A DNA stretch of 63,894 nucleotides, from the NCBI RefSeq assembly GCF_001194135.2, contig NC_068991.1, forward strand, positions 30,501,125 to 30,565,018, read 5' to 3'. Under the pieces are notes generated by a model that was not told the DNA's origin, made no database searches, and was given only the letters and a program-made list of their open reading frames with translations. Both the position numbers and the translations under genes were made by a program. Source of the stretch: Octopus bimaculoides (taxonomy: Eukaryota). Below, in pieces: positions 36,941-53,142 of this stretch; position 1 is the stretch's first letter; the number at the start of each line of letters is the position of its first letter.

Positions 36941-37964
36941 GGACAGAGAAAGGAAAGCAAGAGATTTGCAATCGGAGAGGCAGGATATATCTGATTGAAA
37001 CACTTTCTGATGGTTTTTATTGTGAATGATTATGTTTTGAGTTCAAATCCCACCACGTTCAACATTGTTTTTAATCTTCACCGGCTCCCTATAACAAGTA
37101 TCCATCACAGTAATTAACTGTCGGTGTACTTCAATTAATGACCCACTCTCCCCTTACTGATGGTACTCCTTCCCAATCGTTGATATTCCTCAGATGGTGG
37201 TACTCATCTCCCAATATGTTTCCATATACCAAATATAAGCCTCTTTAGTAGAATATTTAAAGATTTATTTGAGTGAGTCAGTGCATGTGTATGTGTATGC
37301 GTAAATGTGTGTTTTTGTGTGTTTGTGTATATATGTTTGCGTGTATGTGTGTGTGCATGCGTTTACGTGTGTGTTTATATACTGAGGAAAATTCATTATT
37401 TCTCAGATCCTTACTACAGACATCATAAACAACAAGAACAACAAGAATTATATTGTTGATGATGTTAATTTGTTATATAAGTACAAAAATACGATAAATA
37501 GTGACGGGTGGATCTACAGATATTTTAACGAAATACTGAAGAATACAAGTTGAATCAGTTATGAATGTTTTTAAACCGGCATTCTACGATTTCATTACAC
37601 TGAAAAACGTTCTTTGTATGTTACACTTAATCCGGTATTCTACTACACTGCGATCTCATTCTATTAATAGACATAGACTTGTATGTTCTATTTAATCTTG
37701 GGTTCTATCAATTTTTATCATATCTCATTGCACTGATAATTATTGACAAAAAAGCCGCACAATTAGAAAAAAATCTTCAATTTATTCCCTACATTTTAAA
37801 TGTCTCCTGTATACATCTAGAATTGCTTAAATCCAAGGAAAATAATTTAAGAGAAGCAAATTTAAAATAAATTGTGAATCTCTAAGGTCTTCCCACCTGA
37901 TAACTTTACAACATGTTTCATACGTATATTTATGATACATTTTACGTTGTTGAATATTAAAGGC

Positions 37965-38050
37965 TTGAAATCTACACAAGGCTTGAAATTTGCAGGAAGA
38001 TTACATCGACCCCAGTACCCAGATGGTACCTCGACAGAAATAGAACCCAG
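37965..38050 (-). mobile_element. SINE family A 3' fragment
   Basis: cacaaggcttgaaattt...gattacatcgaccccagtac...ggtacc is the rc of the family A 3' end. Confidence 0.55.
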
Positions 38051-38194
38051 CAAGTTAAAACGGAAAAAATGTTCGCATGTGCCTTTGTGCTGTCTGATGT
38101 TGACGGTAACAGATTACAAAAGATGACGTCACAGTTTCTATGTGTTTGCAATGCACACATCCACATAAATACATATACATACACACACGCACAC

Positions 38195-38259
<65 letters not shown>

Positions 38260-39287
38260 TCAAACAAGGTTGTATCTCTTTAAATTCACTTTTGTCACTT
38301 TTTCTCTGGAAAACGACCCTGTCCGAAACATTGGATTTTTCACTCCCCACAGCATGCTCATTATACACTTTTTGTTGAATTAGCCAAATAAATAATGTAA
38401 GTCTTGATGCAGTCTTGCCGAGTTGCATATAGAAATAAGAAAAATAGGATCTTAATATAGATATATAGCTAAGCATATTAAAGTTATAATTATATAAAAA
38501 ATATAACTGATTGTAAGTTACTCATTAAAACTAAGAGACACGATTGAGAAAATGTTCCAGCATAATGAACTAGCATTTCTACAAGAATATATTTTGTTTC
38601 AATAGGTTATAGGTTACGGTTCAACATATGTGTATATCCGTGTATACACGTACATTTGAATATATATTTGTGTGTATTTGTGCCTCTATATATAAACACA
38701 CATACATATATACACACATACATATGTAAATACACATGAACATACAGTTATTTTACGCTCTTACACATACATGTTGTGTATGCGTGTGTATATATATATA
38801 TATACTCATGCACACACACATGTATATGTGTATGTGTGTGTGCGTCCTACCGATCATATACCGCCCCACCTACACTGATTTAATCACATGAATTCACAGT
38901 ATTCTGGAATATAATGATTTTAAAAGGTTTTGACAATCCTTTTTTGCTCCAGGAATGAGGAGGATATACTAAGAATTCTTAGACATGAAGCCATCCAGTA
39001 AATTTCTTTAAAATATATATATATAAAAAAAAAAATAACACCAACAAATAAATTAATGATTAAGTTGAAATAAAAGTTTGCTCGAAACTGAAGCCCAATC
39101 CACATACATACTTATACAAGCACACGCACCTTATATGCATACGTACGTACATACATGCAGACATACATACATGCATACATATATACATGCATATATAACT
39201 ATATATGTACATATGGCTACGTATACATAAACATATATACATATACACAAACACACTTATATATATATGAATATATATAGAAATATA

Positions 39288-39321
<34 letters not shown>

Positions 39322-39721
39322 NNNNNNNNNNNNNNNNNNNNNNNNNNNNNNNNNNNNNNNNNNNNNNNNNNNNNNNNNNNNNNNNNNNNNNNNNNNNNNN
39401 NNNNNNNNNNNNNNNNNNNNNNNNNNNNNNNNNNNNNNNNNNNNNNNNNNNNNNNNNNNNNNNNNNNNNNNNNNNNNNNNNNNNNNNNNNNNNNNNNNNN
39501 NNNNNNNNNNNNNNNNNNNNNNNNNNNNNNNNNNNNNNNNNNNNNNNNNNNNNNNNNNNNNNNNNNNNNNNNNNNNNNNNNNNNNNNNNNNNNNNNNNNN
39601 NNNNNGAGAGAGAGAGAGAGAGAGAGAAAGTGTGTGACAGAGAGAGAGTGTGTGTGTGTGTGTGTGTGTATATGCGCGTATGTGTGTTTGTACATATGTA
39701 TGTACCTAATAGAATATATGG

Positions 39722-39764
<43 letters not shown>

Positions 39765-40391
39765 TATATATATACACAGACACATACATATACATATATA
39801 TATACACACAAATATATATACATATATATATACGTATGTATATGTATGCATATGCATATACACATACATATACATACACAACAAGTACACTTACCTAAAT
39901 ATGATATTTCATGAAGGTGTGTTTTATGTGCTTATGTATGTCTCTTTATACGTATGCATTTGTAGGTGATTGCGAATACTTTGTAAAATATAAATCTATA
40001 TCCATGTATCCGCTATTCTATTCAGGTGTTTCCATATTCATAGACGTAGTTTAATTACATGCTTGAGAGAAAAGCTGTTCCATTGTCCCCCATATCTGCA
40101 AATATATGTGTGTTGGTGTGTGTGCTTATAATGTATGAACTTATGTGTACGTGTGTATACATGCCAGTGTGTAATATTAAGAAATCCTGCGTCGATGTTT
40201 GACATATCAATTGCTAATATTAAACTGTTTAATATCGGACTTATAACTATGCACAGAACGTATGCCCCTTGTTCATTATTTTGTCTTAAAGCCACAATCC
40301 TCGTCGAAGATAATTTTAATATTGAGAATATTAACATTCAAACCTTTGTTAGAAAATAACTTTTCTATCATTATTATTGTTATTAATCCCA

Positions 40392-40425
<34 letters not shown>

Positions 40426-41247
40426 GAAATAGAGGATATTAGGAGTTTCCTTGAGGATGACTCAAAATACATACATATACACATATATGCATACACACGT
40501 ACTTACATACATGTATGTCATCTATATACATTATACAAATGCATACACAAATATATACACACACGTATATATCATTTATTTGTTTTTAAATTTATTCGTG
40601 GTGTAAATAAACCAGATAGTATAATTTGAAATGAATAAATAGATACAAGTATACACACATATAAACAAATGTACATAGATATATATTTTCTAAACGCACA
40701 CTCATACATGAACACACAACGACACACACGCTCACATATACACTGACTGGAGTGAATATATTTTCATATATATACGTGACAGGAGACGTGTGCGTGTGTG
40801 TATGTGTGTGTGTGTGTGTGTGTGAATAAAATCGTTACAACACTGTAGTTCTATATTGGTATATATTTTTACATGTTTACATGAAACGAGACAAGACGTC
40901 TATCAAAATTAACCGTCACGGAAACACATCCATCTGAAGAATGCACTATATACCATCAAATTTAAAGTCATAGAATACTTGTCATATTGATACACAACAT
41001 GCAATACATATATTTATTGTGTCTATGTGTATGTATGTATGTGTGTATGTATGCATGTATGTATATATGTATGTATGTATGCATGTATGTACGTATGTAT
41101 GTATGTATGTATGTACGTGTTTCTATATATATATACACACACACACACACATATATATACATACGTATATATATGTATACGTATGTATGTATATACAAAT
41201 GCTTACACATATGCATATATATATACGTATCTATATACATAAACATA

Positions 41248-41296
<49 letters not shown>

Positions 41297-41920
41297 AGGT
41301 ATACACATTTGTATGTATATACATATATATATGCATGTGTGTACATACAAATACATATATATGTGTATGTGTGTGTATGGTAGCGTGCAAGACAGAGATG
41401 AGTATAAAAGATTTCCCTACAATATTGTAAACCATATATACACAAACACATAGATGCACGCTTACATACAACCAAATGTGCATACTTACATACGAATATA
41501 CATACCCGTATATGCATTTCTCATCTTCTCTACAAGTTTTAAACAAATGGATTTCCGAGAAAGTGATCATTATAAGTCGGTCTATAAGACAATCTTTTTA
41601 TTTATCTACGCAACCAATGTTGATTGATTCATACTCTTTAATACCCTATATTAAGTATATTTTATCATTTAATGGCATAGTTATTATTCCCCAAATTGCA
41701 TAGGTCAGTACAGATAGTTATATCGATTCTAGTAGATAGGTCTATCGACTTCTGAAGATTGGAAGATAAATTCGAACCAATCAGTATTTGAACGTTAGTG
41801 AAGACCACAGCACATTTTGAATGTACTTACACACACACACACGTGTATACACGCGTGCGCGCAAATACCATTTGGGTGGCGAAATATATTTATTCCCTTT
41901 AAAATATGTACAATTACGTA

Positions 41921-41954
<34 letters not shown>

Positions 41955-43601
41955 TGTGTGTGTGTGTGTAACAGTATATATATCAGTATATCAGGCTGTA
42001 ATTACAAAGTAACCAGGGGGACGATAAATCTTAGTGCCGTCCAGCGTACATGAACTGAAGTGTATTAACACAACGCTTCCGACTTAGCCAGTCTTGATGC
42101 AGTCATTTTCTTACATTTCCCTATTCACATTTTACCCAATACAAACCCACTCTCTCAAATACCCACTTGTACATAGATATAGGTATATATATATATATAT
42201 ATATATATNNNNNNNNNNNNNNNNNNNNNNNNNNNNNNNNNNNNNNNNNNNNNNNNNNNNNNNNNNNNNNNNNNNNNNNNNNNNNNNNNNNNNNNNNNNN
42301 NNNNNNNNNNNNNNNNNNNNNNNNNNNNNNNNNNNNNNNNNNNNNNNNNNNNNNNNNNNNNNNNNNNNNNNNNNNNNNNNNNNNNNNNNNNNNNNNNNNN
42401 NNNNNNNNNNNNNNNNNNNNNNNNNNNNNNNNNNNNNNNNNNNNNNNNNNNNNNNNNNNNNNNNNNNNNNNNNNNNNNNNNNNNNNNNNNNNNNNNNNNN
42501 NNNNNNNNNNNNNNNNNNNNNNNNNNNNNNNNNNNNNNNNNNNNNNNNNNNNNNNNNNNNNNNNNNNNNNNNNNNNNNNNNNNNNNNNNNNNNNNNNNNN
42601 NNNNNNNNNNNNNNNNNNNNNNNNNNNNNNNNNNNNNNNNNNNNNNNNNNNNNNNNNNNNNNNNNNNNNNNNNNNNNNNNNNNNNNNNNNNNNNNNNNNN
42701 NNNNNNNNNNNNNNNNNNNNNNNNNNNNNNNNNNNNNNNNNNNNNNNNNNNNNNNNNNNNNNNNNNNNNNNNNNNNNNNNNNNNNNNNNNNNNNNNNNNN
42801 NNNNNNNNNNNNNNNNNNNNNNNNNNNNNNNNNNNNNNNNNNNNNNNNNNNNNNNNNNNNNNNNNNNNNNNNNNNNNNNNNNNNNNNNNNNNNNNNNNNN
42901 NNNNNNNNNNNNNNNNNNNNNNNNNNNNNNNNNNNNNNNNNNNNNNNNNNNNNNNNNNNNNNNNNNNNNNNNNNNNNNNNNNNNNNNNNNNNNNNNNNNN
43001 NNNNNNNNNNNNNNNNNNNNNNNNNNNNNNNNNNNNNNNNNNNNNNNNNNNNNNNNNNNNNNNNNNNNNNNNNNNNNNNNNNNNNNNNNNNNNNNNNNNN
43101 NNNNNNNNNNNNNNNNNNNNNNNNNNNNNNNNNNNNNNNNNNNNNNNNNNNNNNNNNNNNNNNNNNNNNNNNNNNNNNNNNNNNNNNNNNNNNNNNNNNN
43201 NNNATATATATATATATATATATATAGATGTAAGTATGTACATAAGCGTATGTATATATGCATATATATATTATATAAATTATTCTATACATATATATAT
43301 GTACATCTATACACATACAAACATACACATATAGGCACACATATACACACACATGCACTGTATACGCTGTCAGTATATATAGAAAATTACACCTGGTAAA
43401 ATATTTAGTACTAATTTAATATTAACACTTGGATTGGTTTCTGTTAGGTTGAATTACTTTAGTTTTCTTCTCTATTCGCATTTCTTTCTCTCCCTCTTTC
43501 TACACACACGTTAATAATTGTGTGAATGCGTGTGAAGTTTAATATCTACAGAATTCTGTAATAGTTTTTTTATGATAGGCTGTCAATAAAATTGTAACGT
43601 G

Positions 43602-43669
<68 letters not shown>

Positions 43670-44110
43670 AGACACATATATAAATATGTATATATATTTA
43701 ATATATAATGGTATTATATGTATACACAAACATACATATATACAAATATGTTTATANNNNNNNNNNNNNNNNNNNNNNNNNNNNNNNNNNNNNNNNNNNN
43801 NNNNNNNNNNNNNNNNNNNNNNNNNNNNNNNNNNNNNNNNNNNNNNNNNNNNNNNNNNNNNNNNNNNNNNNNNNNNNNNNNNNNNNNNNNNNNATATATA
43901 TAAGATAAATGAGTATTTTATATATATTAAATATACATGCTATGATATATATATAGAGAGAGTGAGGTACACACGCACACACACGCACTGAGAAAGAGAG
44001 AGAGAGAATGATTCAGAAATCATTCCTACATTTCATCACCATCATCATCATAATCATCGTCTGTACGTGCTGGAGTACAAAAGGTCGGTAAAACCACATC
44101 TTGTCCCAAG

Positions 44111-44159
<49 letters not shown>

Positions 44160-45420
44160 CATATATATGTGCACGCACGCACACATACCTCCAAATGCAT
44201 ATATTTGGTATTCATTCCTGAAGAATTCAGGCCACTCACTGATAGAGAAACAATGTTGTTTTGTTCTGAATGAAGACAATTGCTGGATTTCGTGAAGATA
44301 TGAAATATTTTTCTATATGTATGTACTTGTATGTGGACAATGTCGAATTGTTATAGTGGATAGATATGTCACAATTGTGCAGGAGTGTATGTCACTTTAT
44401 TCCATATGTATATGCAATTGGGTGCCCCTGTTCATTCCAGGTACCTCAGATTGCGAATTTCTGCAATGCTTTTCCTAATCTTCATTTTTACACAAATCGA
44501 TTGTATTTGGAGTGCACCAGCGTGGCATGTGTTTTAAATGCATATCTGTTGTTACGTAATGTAGTACGCCTGTGATAGGAAGAGCAAATGAAAACCGTAT
44601 GTAAAAGTTATGACTTTCTTGCCAGTTCTCCACAGATGCGTCTTTTCCCCCAATTTTTGACCAGTCGTCCTTTGGAGATTTCATGCCTACAACAGGAAGT
44701 GCCACCATATTTAACATAACAACCAGTAGTTATAATTGGAAGTTTCCACCAGTATCTGTTTTTGCAGATGTGGATACTTTCTGGTTCTTGCGTTTCTTTG
44801 GAATGGCCGCTAGAATAATCCCGTATGTATGTGTATGCATGTATGTGTGTATGTACACATGCATGTTTGTATGTTTGTGTGCATATTTATGCGTGTATGT
44901 ATATTTAAGCATATATGTATGTATGTTCATAGGCATATACATATGTTTGCATGTATGTGCGTGTCCCTCTCTGCCCTATCAGCCACTATTTAAATAAATT
45001 CTGTTCGGTATTGAACAATATAAAACTCATTATCTACAATGATATTCTTATGTCAAATGTTATGCTGATTTACGTGTAGATAAATTGCGTATTTTTAACG
45101 AAATATTTACACGCTATGTTGTACATGGTATTTTCTGTAGAAAATATAAATATGCACACGTTATGTGAATGTAAAAGTCACTGAGCGAAGTGTATAAATC
45201 GTTTATGATTCGTTTTTAATATAAAATGTAAATGTTATATACTTTAATCTTTATATACGATGTATTGTATACACAGGTTAATATATATGATGCTTTGTTC
45301 TACATATATACGGGTGTAAAGTTTGATCTATATAACACGTGCGATTTATGTGAATGTTATGTGATTATATGTGTGTAATTAATATATTTTAACTCACTCT
45401 TCCACCATTAGCATTTGTTT

Positions 45421-45471
<51 letters not shown>

Positions 45472-46288
45472 ATNNNNNNNNNNNNNNNNNNNNNNNNNNN
45501 NNNNNNNNNNNNNNNNNNNNNNNNNNNNNNNNNNNNNNNNNNNNNNNNNNNNNNNNNNNNNNNNNNNNNNNNNNNNNNNNNNTACATACAAATATTTATA
45601 TGTATACATATATACATACGTACATATATATATCATATACATACAAATATTTATATGTATACATATATACATACATACAGATACCTATATATACACACAA
45701 ATGCATACATACTTACATACACACACACACACACACACAAATATATATATATATATACACATAGATTTATGTATACAGATGACAATATGTTATTTGTATG
45801 TGTGTGAGAGAGAGAGAGTGAGAAAGAGACAGAGAGAGTGTGTGTGTATGCGTTCGGTGAGTATATATATTGGGTAATATTTATATGCACTATGTCAATG
45901 TTATGTTGTTGTAAATGTGTGGAGGGGGGGGGATATGCAGGTGTGTGAGAAAAAAGATATTTATGTAGGTATCTACGTATGCAGCTCCTTTTGCAACACG
46001 CCTCATGTGATAGCTTGTATTTGACGTGTGTGTGCGTGTATGTAAATAGTTTTATGCATGTGTGCATCATATGTTCTAATGTATAAATGTAAAATAATGG
46101 TATATATTTCAAACATAAATACGTTAAAACATAATTATGTACGATAATGAAATATGTTTAGTTTGTTTCTCTTGTATTGTTCTTACAACCGTCATGGGAC
46201 TGTATGTGTGTGTGTGTGTGTATGTGTGTGTGTGTGTGTATGTATGTGTGTGTGTGTGTGAGTGTGTGTGTGTGTCTGTGTGTGTGTA

Positions 46289-46330
<42 letters not shown>

Positions 46331-46412
46331 AATGCGTAAGGAGGGAATGATAATTATTGTCAGTGAAAGCAAATTTATGTTCTAAATGTTTGCATGCTTG
46401 TACCTGTAAGAC

Positions 46413-46445
<33 letters not shown>

Positions 46446-46447
<2 letters not shown>

Positions 46448-46642
46448 CAGCTCTTCGAAACGCCGGTGCTTAAACGGGGGTAGCTGATGAAGGAGAATAT
46501 TCTCTATGTGGCTTGTGTGTTTTCTTGTCTACGTTTTGTTTGCAATGTCCTGTACCAAGATATGCACCTATACATACAGGTGGATGTCGGTATGCACATA
46601 CCTGTACGTATATATGCATATACTCATTTACTATTTGTTTTT
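46446..46642 (+). repeat. TA-flanked short element containing hammerhead core words in permuted order
   Basis: TCTTC-GAAAC...GT-A-G-CTGATGA-A-GGAGA; (TA)n on both sides. Only one copy in the window. Confidence 0.4.
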
Positions 46643-46814
46643 ATATATATATATATATATGTATATTCGTTTGTTTGTATATATAGCAATGTCAGGGTGT
46701 CTTAAATTTATGAGATTGTGACTATGCGTGTGTGTATGTATATATGTATATATTTGTATGAATATATAAGTGTATTTATATATATTTATACACTTTTATA
46801 TATAAACACACTCA

Positions 46815-46855
<41 letters not shown>

Positions 46856-47521
46856 TGTGTGTATCACATGCAAACACATTTACACAAACGCAGTGAGTAG
46901 TTTGCCTTATTGTGTAACTATACATTATTGTTATCAGTAATTAACGATATAGTTAATTCATTGTATGCACTATTAAATTTCATTGTTAACACCATTTGAT
47001 GGTGCTCCAGCATGGCTACCGTAGGGGCCCCGTTGTACGAACCTCAGTATCATTCGTAAAAGTGTTCGCTACTACTACTACTATTACTACTACTACTAAG
47101 CAATGCATTATATTACAGAACACGCCACTATAGAATTCTTTAATAATACTANNNNNNNNNNTGTGTGTGTGTGTGTGTGTGTGTACATTTCCATTAGTAT
47201 TTGCCATTGTTTTATAAGAACACATACATGTGTCTATCTATACGTGTGTATATAAATATGTGTGTACATGAGTATGTAAGAAAAAATTCAGAAACAAGTT
47301 ATATATTATTTTGACTACCATACATTCTTCAAATATATACATTTATATATAAATATATAGCCATATCATACTTAGAGAGTCACACATACTTACATACATA
47401 CACACAAAAAAAAAACAACAGAAAATCTACGAAAGCAAGCAGAGCAGATGACAAAATTACTTTCCCAACTTTCCAATATCTTCTTTACTTTTGCATAACT
47501 TGTATGTATTTTATTCTACAC

Positions 47522-47570
<49 letters not shown>

Positions 47571-47600
47571 GTAATAATAATAATATTCTGAACACACTTA

Positions 47601-47756
<156 letters not shown>

Positions 47757-48990
47757 NNNNNNNNNNNNNNNNNNNNNNNNNNNNNNNNNNNNNNNNNNNN
47801 NNNNNNNNNNNNNNNNNNNNNNNNNNNNNNNNNNNNNNNNNNNNNNNNNNNNNNNNNNNNNNNNNNNNNNNNNNNNNNNNNNNNNNNNNNNNNNNNNNNN
47901 NNNNNNNNNNNNNNNNNNNNNNNNNNNNNNNNNNNNNNNNNNNNNNNNNNNNNNNNNNNNNNNNNNNNNNNNNNNNNNNNNNNNNNNNNNNNNNNNNNNN
48001 NNNNNNNNNNNNNNNNNNNNNNNNNNNNNNNNNNNNNNNNNNNNNNNNNNNNNNNNNNNNNNNNNNNNNNNNNNNNNNNNNNNNNNNNNNNNNNNNNNNN
48101 NNNNNNNNNNNNNNNNNNNNNNNNNNNNNNNNNNNNNNNNNNNNNNNNNNNNNNNNNNNNNNNNNNNNNNNNNNNNNNNNNNNNNNNNNNNNNNNNNNNN
48201 NNNNNNNNNNNNNNNNNNNNNNNNNNNNNNNNNNNNNNNNNNNNNNNNNNNNNNNNNNNNNNNNNNNNNNNNNNNNNNNNNNNNNNNNNNNNNNNNNNNN
48301 NNNNNNNNNNNNNNNNNNNNNNNNNNNNNNNNNNNNNNNNNNNNNNNNNNNNNNNNNNNNNNNNNNNNNNNNNNNNNNNNNNNNNNNNNNNNNNNNNNNN
48401 NNNNNNNNNNNNNNNNNNNNNNNNNNNNNNNNNNNNNNNNNNNNNNNNNNNNNNNNNNNNNNNNNNNNNNNNNNNNNNNNNNNNNNNNNNNNNNNNNNNN
48501 NNNNNNNNNNNNNNNNNNNNNNNNNNNNNNNNNNNNNNNNNNNNNNNNNNNNNNNNNNNNNNNNNNNNNNNNNNNNNNNNNNNNNNNNNNNNNNNNNNNN
48601 NNNNNNNNNNNNNNNNNNNNNNNNNNNNNNNTATATATATATATATGTATGTATGTATAAGTTCATAAACTCACATACATATATGGCAACATACATGCCC
48701 AAATTCAACATATTTATCACATACACACACTCACACATACAAACGCATAAATATATGCTGATAGAAATAATGGATTCGGAAAAGCAAAGGCGAGATAGGG
48801 AGAGAGAGGAGAAAGAAAGAAACAACCAAACAAACAAACAAAAGTGTACTGGAGTGCAACAATAAAATTAAATTAATAAACCAGAATAATTAACAAAAAT
48901 ATATCAACAAACAAAACAAGGAGTGAAGGGTGTTCGTGTGCGTGTGTGTGTATATGTGTCTGTGTTTGTGTTTGTGTGTGTATGCATATA

Positions 48991-49051
<61 letters not shown>

Positions 49052-49345
49052 NNNNNNNNNNNNNNNNNNNNNNNNNNNNNNNNNNNNNNNNNNNNNNNNN
49101 NNNNNNNNNNNNNNNNNNNNNNNNNNNNNNNNNNNNNNNNNNNNNNNNNNNNNNNNNNNNNNNNNNNNNNNNNNNNNNNNNNNNNNNNNNNNNNNNNNNN
49201 NNNNNNNNNNNNNNNNNNNNNNNNNNNNNNNNNNNNNNNNNNNNNNNNNNNNNNNNNNNNNNNNNNNNATATATACACATGTGTGTGTGTATGTGTGTTT
49301 GTATGTATGTACACACCGTTATTTATATGCATTTGTGTTTAAACG

Positions 49346-49392
<47 letters not shown>

Positions 49393-50583
49393 AGATAGAT
49401 AGATAGATAGATAGATAGAATGTTATACTTTTCATGGTAAAATCGATGAAGCAACACAATATCACTCAAAACTTAATTATGTCCCTTTTACGGTCTGTGT
49501 TCAAATCCTGGGTATGTACACTTCACCCCTCTCTCACCGGGGTCGATGTAATATATCACAGCCATGAACTGTGAGTCCATCCCACTCACAACAACTTCCC
49601 CCAAAATCCCTGCCAATGGTCCACATCACTATCACCATCACCATCATCATTAATATTGATATAATTATTATTCCAGCTCTGCCGTAACCGAATTGAAATC
49701 TTCCTGACACTGACTTTACCCTTCACCTTTTGAGCGTTAATCACATCAGTACCAGCGAACTACTAGGGCCCATATATTTTCTGCCCACCTTTGTGTCATT
49801 GCTCTTTCTGTGTTTAATTTGTTTGTTGATTTTGATCTTCAGATCGCTTGTATGGACAATTTAATTAGTAATTAGCTCCACCCTTTCACTGGTTCATTAC
49901 GGCTATATAGATAGGTAGGTTGGTAGGTGGGTAGGTAGAGAAATAGCTCAAAATTTGATTGGTTATTTGCCTGTTATTTTGATATACCGACACAAAAAAA
50001 TATTTTCGTTCTGTACTCCTTCCTCCTTCTCTCCCACACATAAACATATTCTCATTCTATCTCTCTTTCTCTTCCTCTCTCACCCTCTCACTAGCACAAC
50101 ATATATTAAGGTGACTACATTGAGGCAGTAACACATAACTAAGCGGGGTAGTACAGAGGTGGATTGAAGAGGAACGGGGTAGGTGGGATTTCGCAGGACA
50201 AACATTTGTTTACGTCAATTTAACAAAGAATCAGTAAGAAAAATAGGGAAGTAACATTAGTTAAAACGAATGACAACGATGATGATGATGATGATGATTT
50301 CATCACGTGGTAAATCCCATTGTTTCAACAAACAAGCACACTCAAATACACACACGCACACGCGAATGTCCATGCATATTTCATACATGCATACATACAG
50401 AAAGACAAACAGATAGATAGATACAGTGAGTGTGTTTAACTGGCGAAATATGACCATTACCAAGCATAAAAATGGTTCAACACACGGATTCACATCAAAA
50501 ATCTTGCAAAACAAATACATATATGTGTGTATACGTGTGTATGTGTGTGTGTGCGTGTGTATGTAAGTATATGTATATGCATG

Positions 50584-50650
<67 letters not shown>

Positions 50651-50668
50651 TATACATATATATATATA

Positions 50669-50709
<41 letters not shown>

Positions 50710-50767
50710 GTGTGTGTACATATATATATGTATGTATAAATATGTATGTACATATATATATATATAC

Positions 50768-50807
<40 letters not shown>

Positions 50808-51000
50808 AATACGTATACATTATATGCTCATATACATACATACAAGCGTATACACACATATCTATAAACAAGTACATGTGTGTCAGTGCTAGCATATACG
50901 TGTATATATATGATATATAATATTATGAATATGCGTATATGTGTCGTGCATAGATATAGACATACGTATGTGTGCATAGATATAGACGTACGTATGTGTG

Positions 51001-51096
<96 letters not shown>

Positions 51097-51439
51097 CATA
51101 AATACATGCACACATATTTGTGTATGCGTATATATCTATATATATGGATGTATACATATATATACACATACATACACTCAGACTNNNNNNNNNNNNNNNN
51201 NNNNNNNNNNNNNNNNNNNNNNNNNNNNNNNNNNNNNNNNNNNNNNNNNNNNNNNNNNNNNNNNNNNNNNNNNNNNNNNNNNNNNNNNNNNNNNNNNNNN
51301 NGTTCTGTTATAACAATGGTAGTTGTTTCTGCTGCTGTTGTTATTTCTGTTGTTGCTGTCGTTGTCAACAGTGGTAATATTTTAATAATATACACTCCAA
51401 TAATAATCTCTTTTCCTCCCACCTTCCTCCTCGTTATCA

Positions 51440-51491
<52 letters not shown>

Positions 51492-51878
51492 CATCATTAT
51501 TATTATTATTATTATCATTATTATTATTATAGAGTGTTGTATGCTGGCCAATGATATGGGTGTGGATTTCGTTCTATGGTTGAGATTTCTCAATAGAACG
51601 AGCGAGTGTAGCACAAATGTATGAAAATAAAAAAAAAAAACGGCACGATGATCATAATGATTATGACGAGGACGATGCTGTTGACGATGATGATGACGAT
51701 AAAGATATTGATGATGTGGAGGGGGAGGAGGAGGAGGAGGAGGAGGAAGAACATGTTGATGGTGATTAATGGCGACAATTATGATAATAATGAAGACGAT
51801 AATAGGCTCACGGCGCCGTGGAGAGATGATAATAACAGTATAGACTCCGACTATTACGACAACGTTCACGACGACGAC

Positions 51879-51909
<31 letters not shown>

Positions 51910-52491
51910 GTGGTGGTGATGATGAAGATGATGGTGGTGATGATGATACAATAAACAAAACCCGTTGCTTACATACATATCCTCAGTCCGATGTACACCT
52001 TACATTAACAAAAACAACTACAATAATAGTTGCAGAAACATAGCAGCAGCAGCAGCAGTAAAAGTTTGTTGTATGTGTGTGTGTGCGTTAGGGCGAGATA
52101 TCCTTGTGTATTGACTCCATCGGGTTACGAGAGAAAGAGGACGGATGTATTCCCGTGTTTCACTCAACACCACTAATCCTTTATTCTTCTATTCGACTGA
52201 AAATGTTATCGTGCCTTATACATTTATTCTACGAATCCTATAAAATTTGTCACCCGCACCACCGGCAACACCAACACCCTCTTTGCTCACACAGGCACAA
52301 CCTCGTTCCAACTCACACTACTCCCGCCACTACTCCGCCTCCTCATTCTACATCTACTGTGACTACTCCTTCCGTTCACTGCTTGCCCGCTCAATATGCT
52401 GGAAATAACAATCAAATTTTTCTCAAATCAGATTCTAGCAATTGACTGGATAATATTGCCAGTAATTCACTGTCCGTACACACACACACAT

Positions 52492-52528
<37 letters not shown>

Positions 52529-52701
52529 TACATACATACATACATACATACATACATACATAATACAAAGAATATATATACATGTATACACACATATATG
52601 TACATGAATGTATACATGTATATAATCGCACTCGTATATATTTTATATATGCATATACATTTATATATATACATACACTTATATTATATAAATATATGTA
52701 C

Positions 52702-52815
52702 GCGCAGGTGTGAGTGTGTAGTAAGAAGTTTGCTTCCCAATCACATGTTTTTTGGTTCAGCTCCAAACCTTGTGAGTGGATTTGATAGACGGAAACTGAA
52801 AGCCCGTAATATATA
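52702..52815 (+). mobile_element. SINE family B head, internally deleted, ending in the internal TA tract
   Basis: gcgcaggtgtgagtgtgtagtaagaagtttgcttcccaatcacatg..ggttcag|ccaaaccttgtgagtggatttgatagacggaaactgaaagcccg. Confidence 0.8.
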
Positions 52816-53092
52816 TACATATATATGTATTTATATTTATATAAGGGCATTACTATACAATAACGCCTCACGCCATGAGGGACTCTAAGGTCAGACTACT
52901 ATAAAAAAAAGCACGTATATATGTATATATATATATAATTATGTGTATTTCTTCTATCTTAATGAATAAAAATTCTTCTGATAGAATAAATGGGTTAATA
53001 GAAACCAATGTAGCAAAGAACACAAAATAACTGTGGTTAGTTCCTGTTTTTAAGGCAGGAACTCCTTGAAATTTTGGGTATTTGAGTATATT

Positions 53093-53142
<50 letters not shown>

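Noticed and set aside
42209-43203. Gaps almost always bounded by TA/CA tracts
   Set aside because: Short-read assembly artefact of long SSRs, not biology in itself; gap lengths are estimates.
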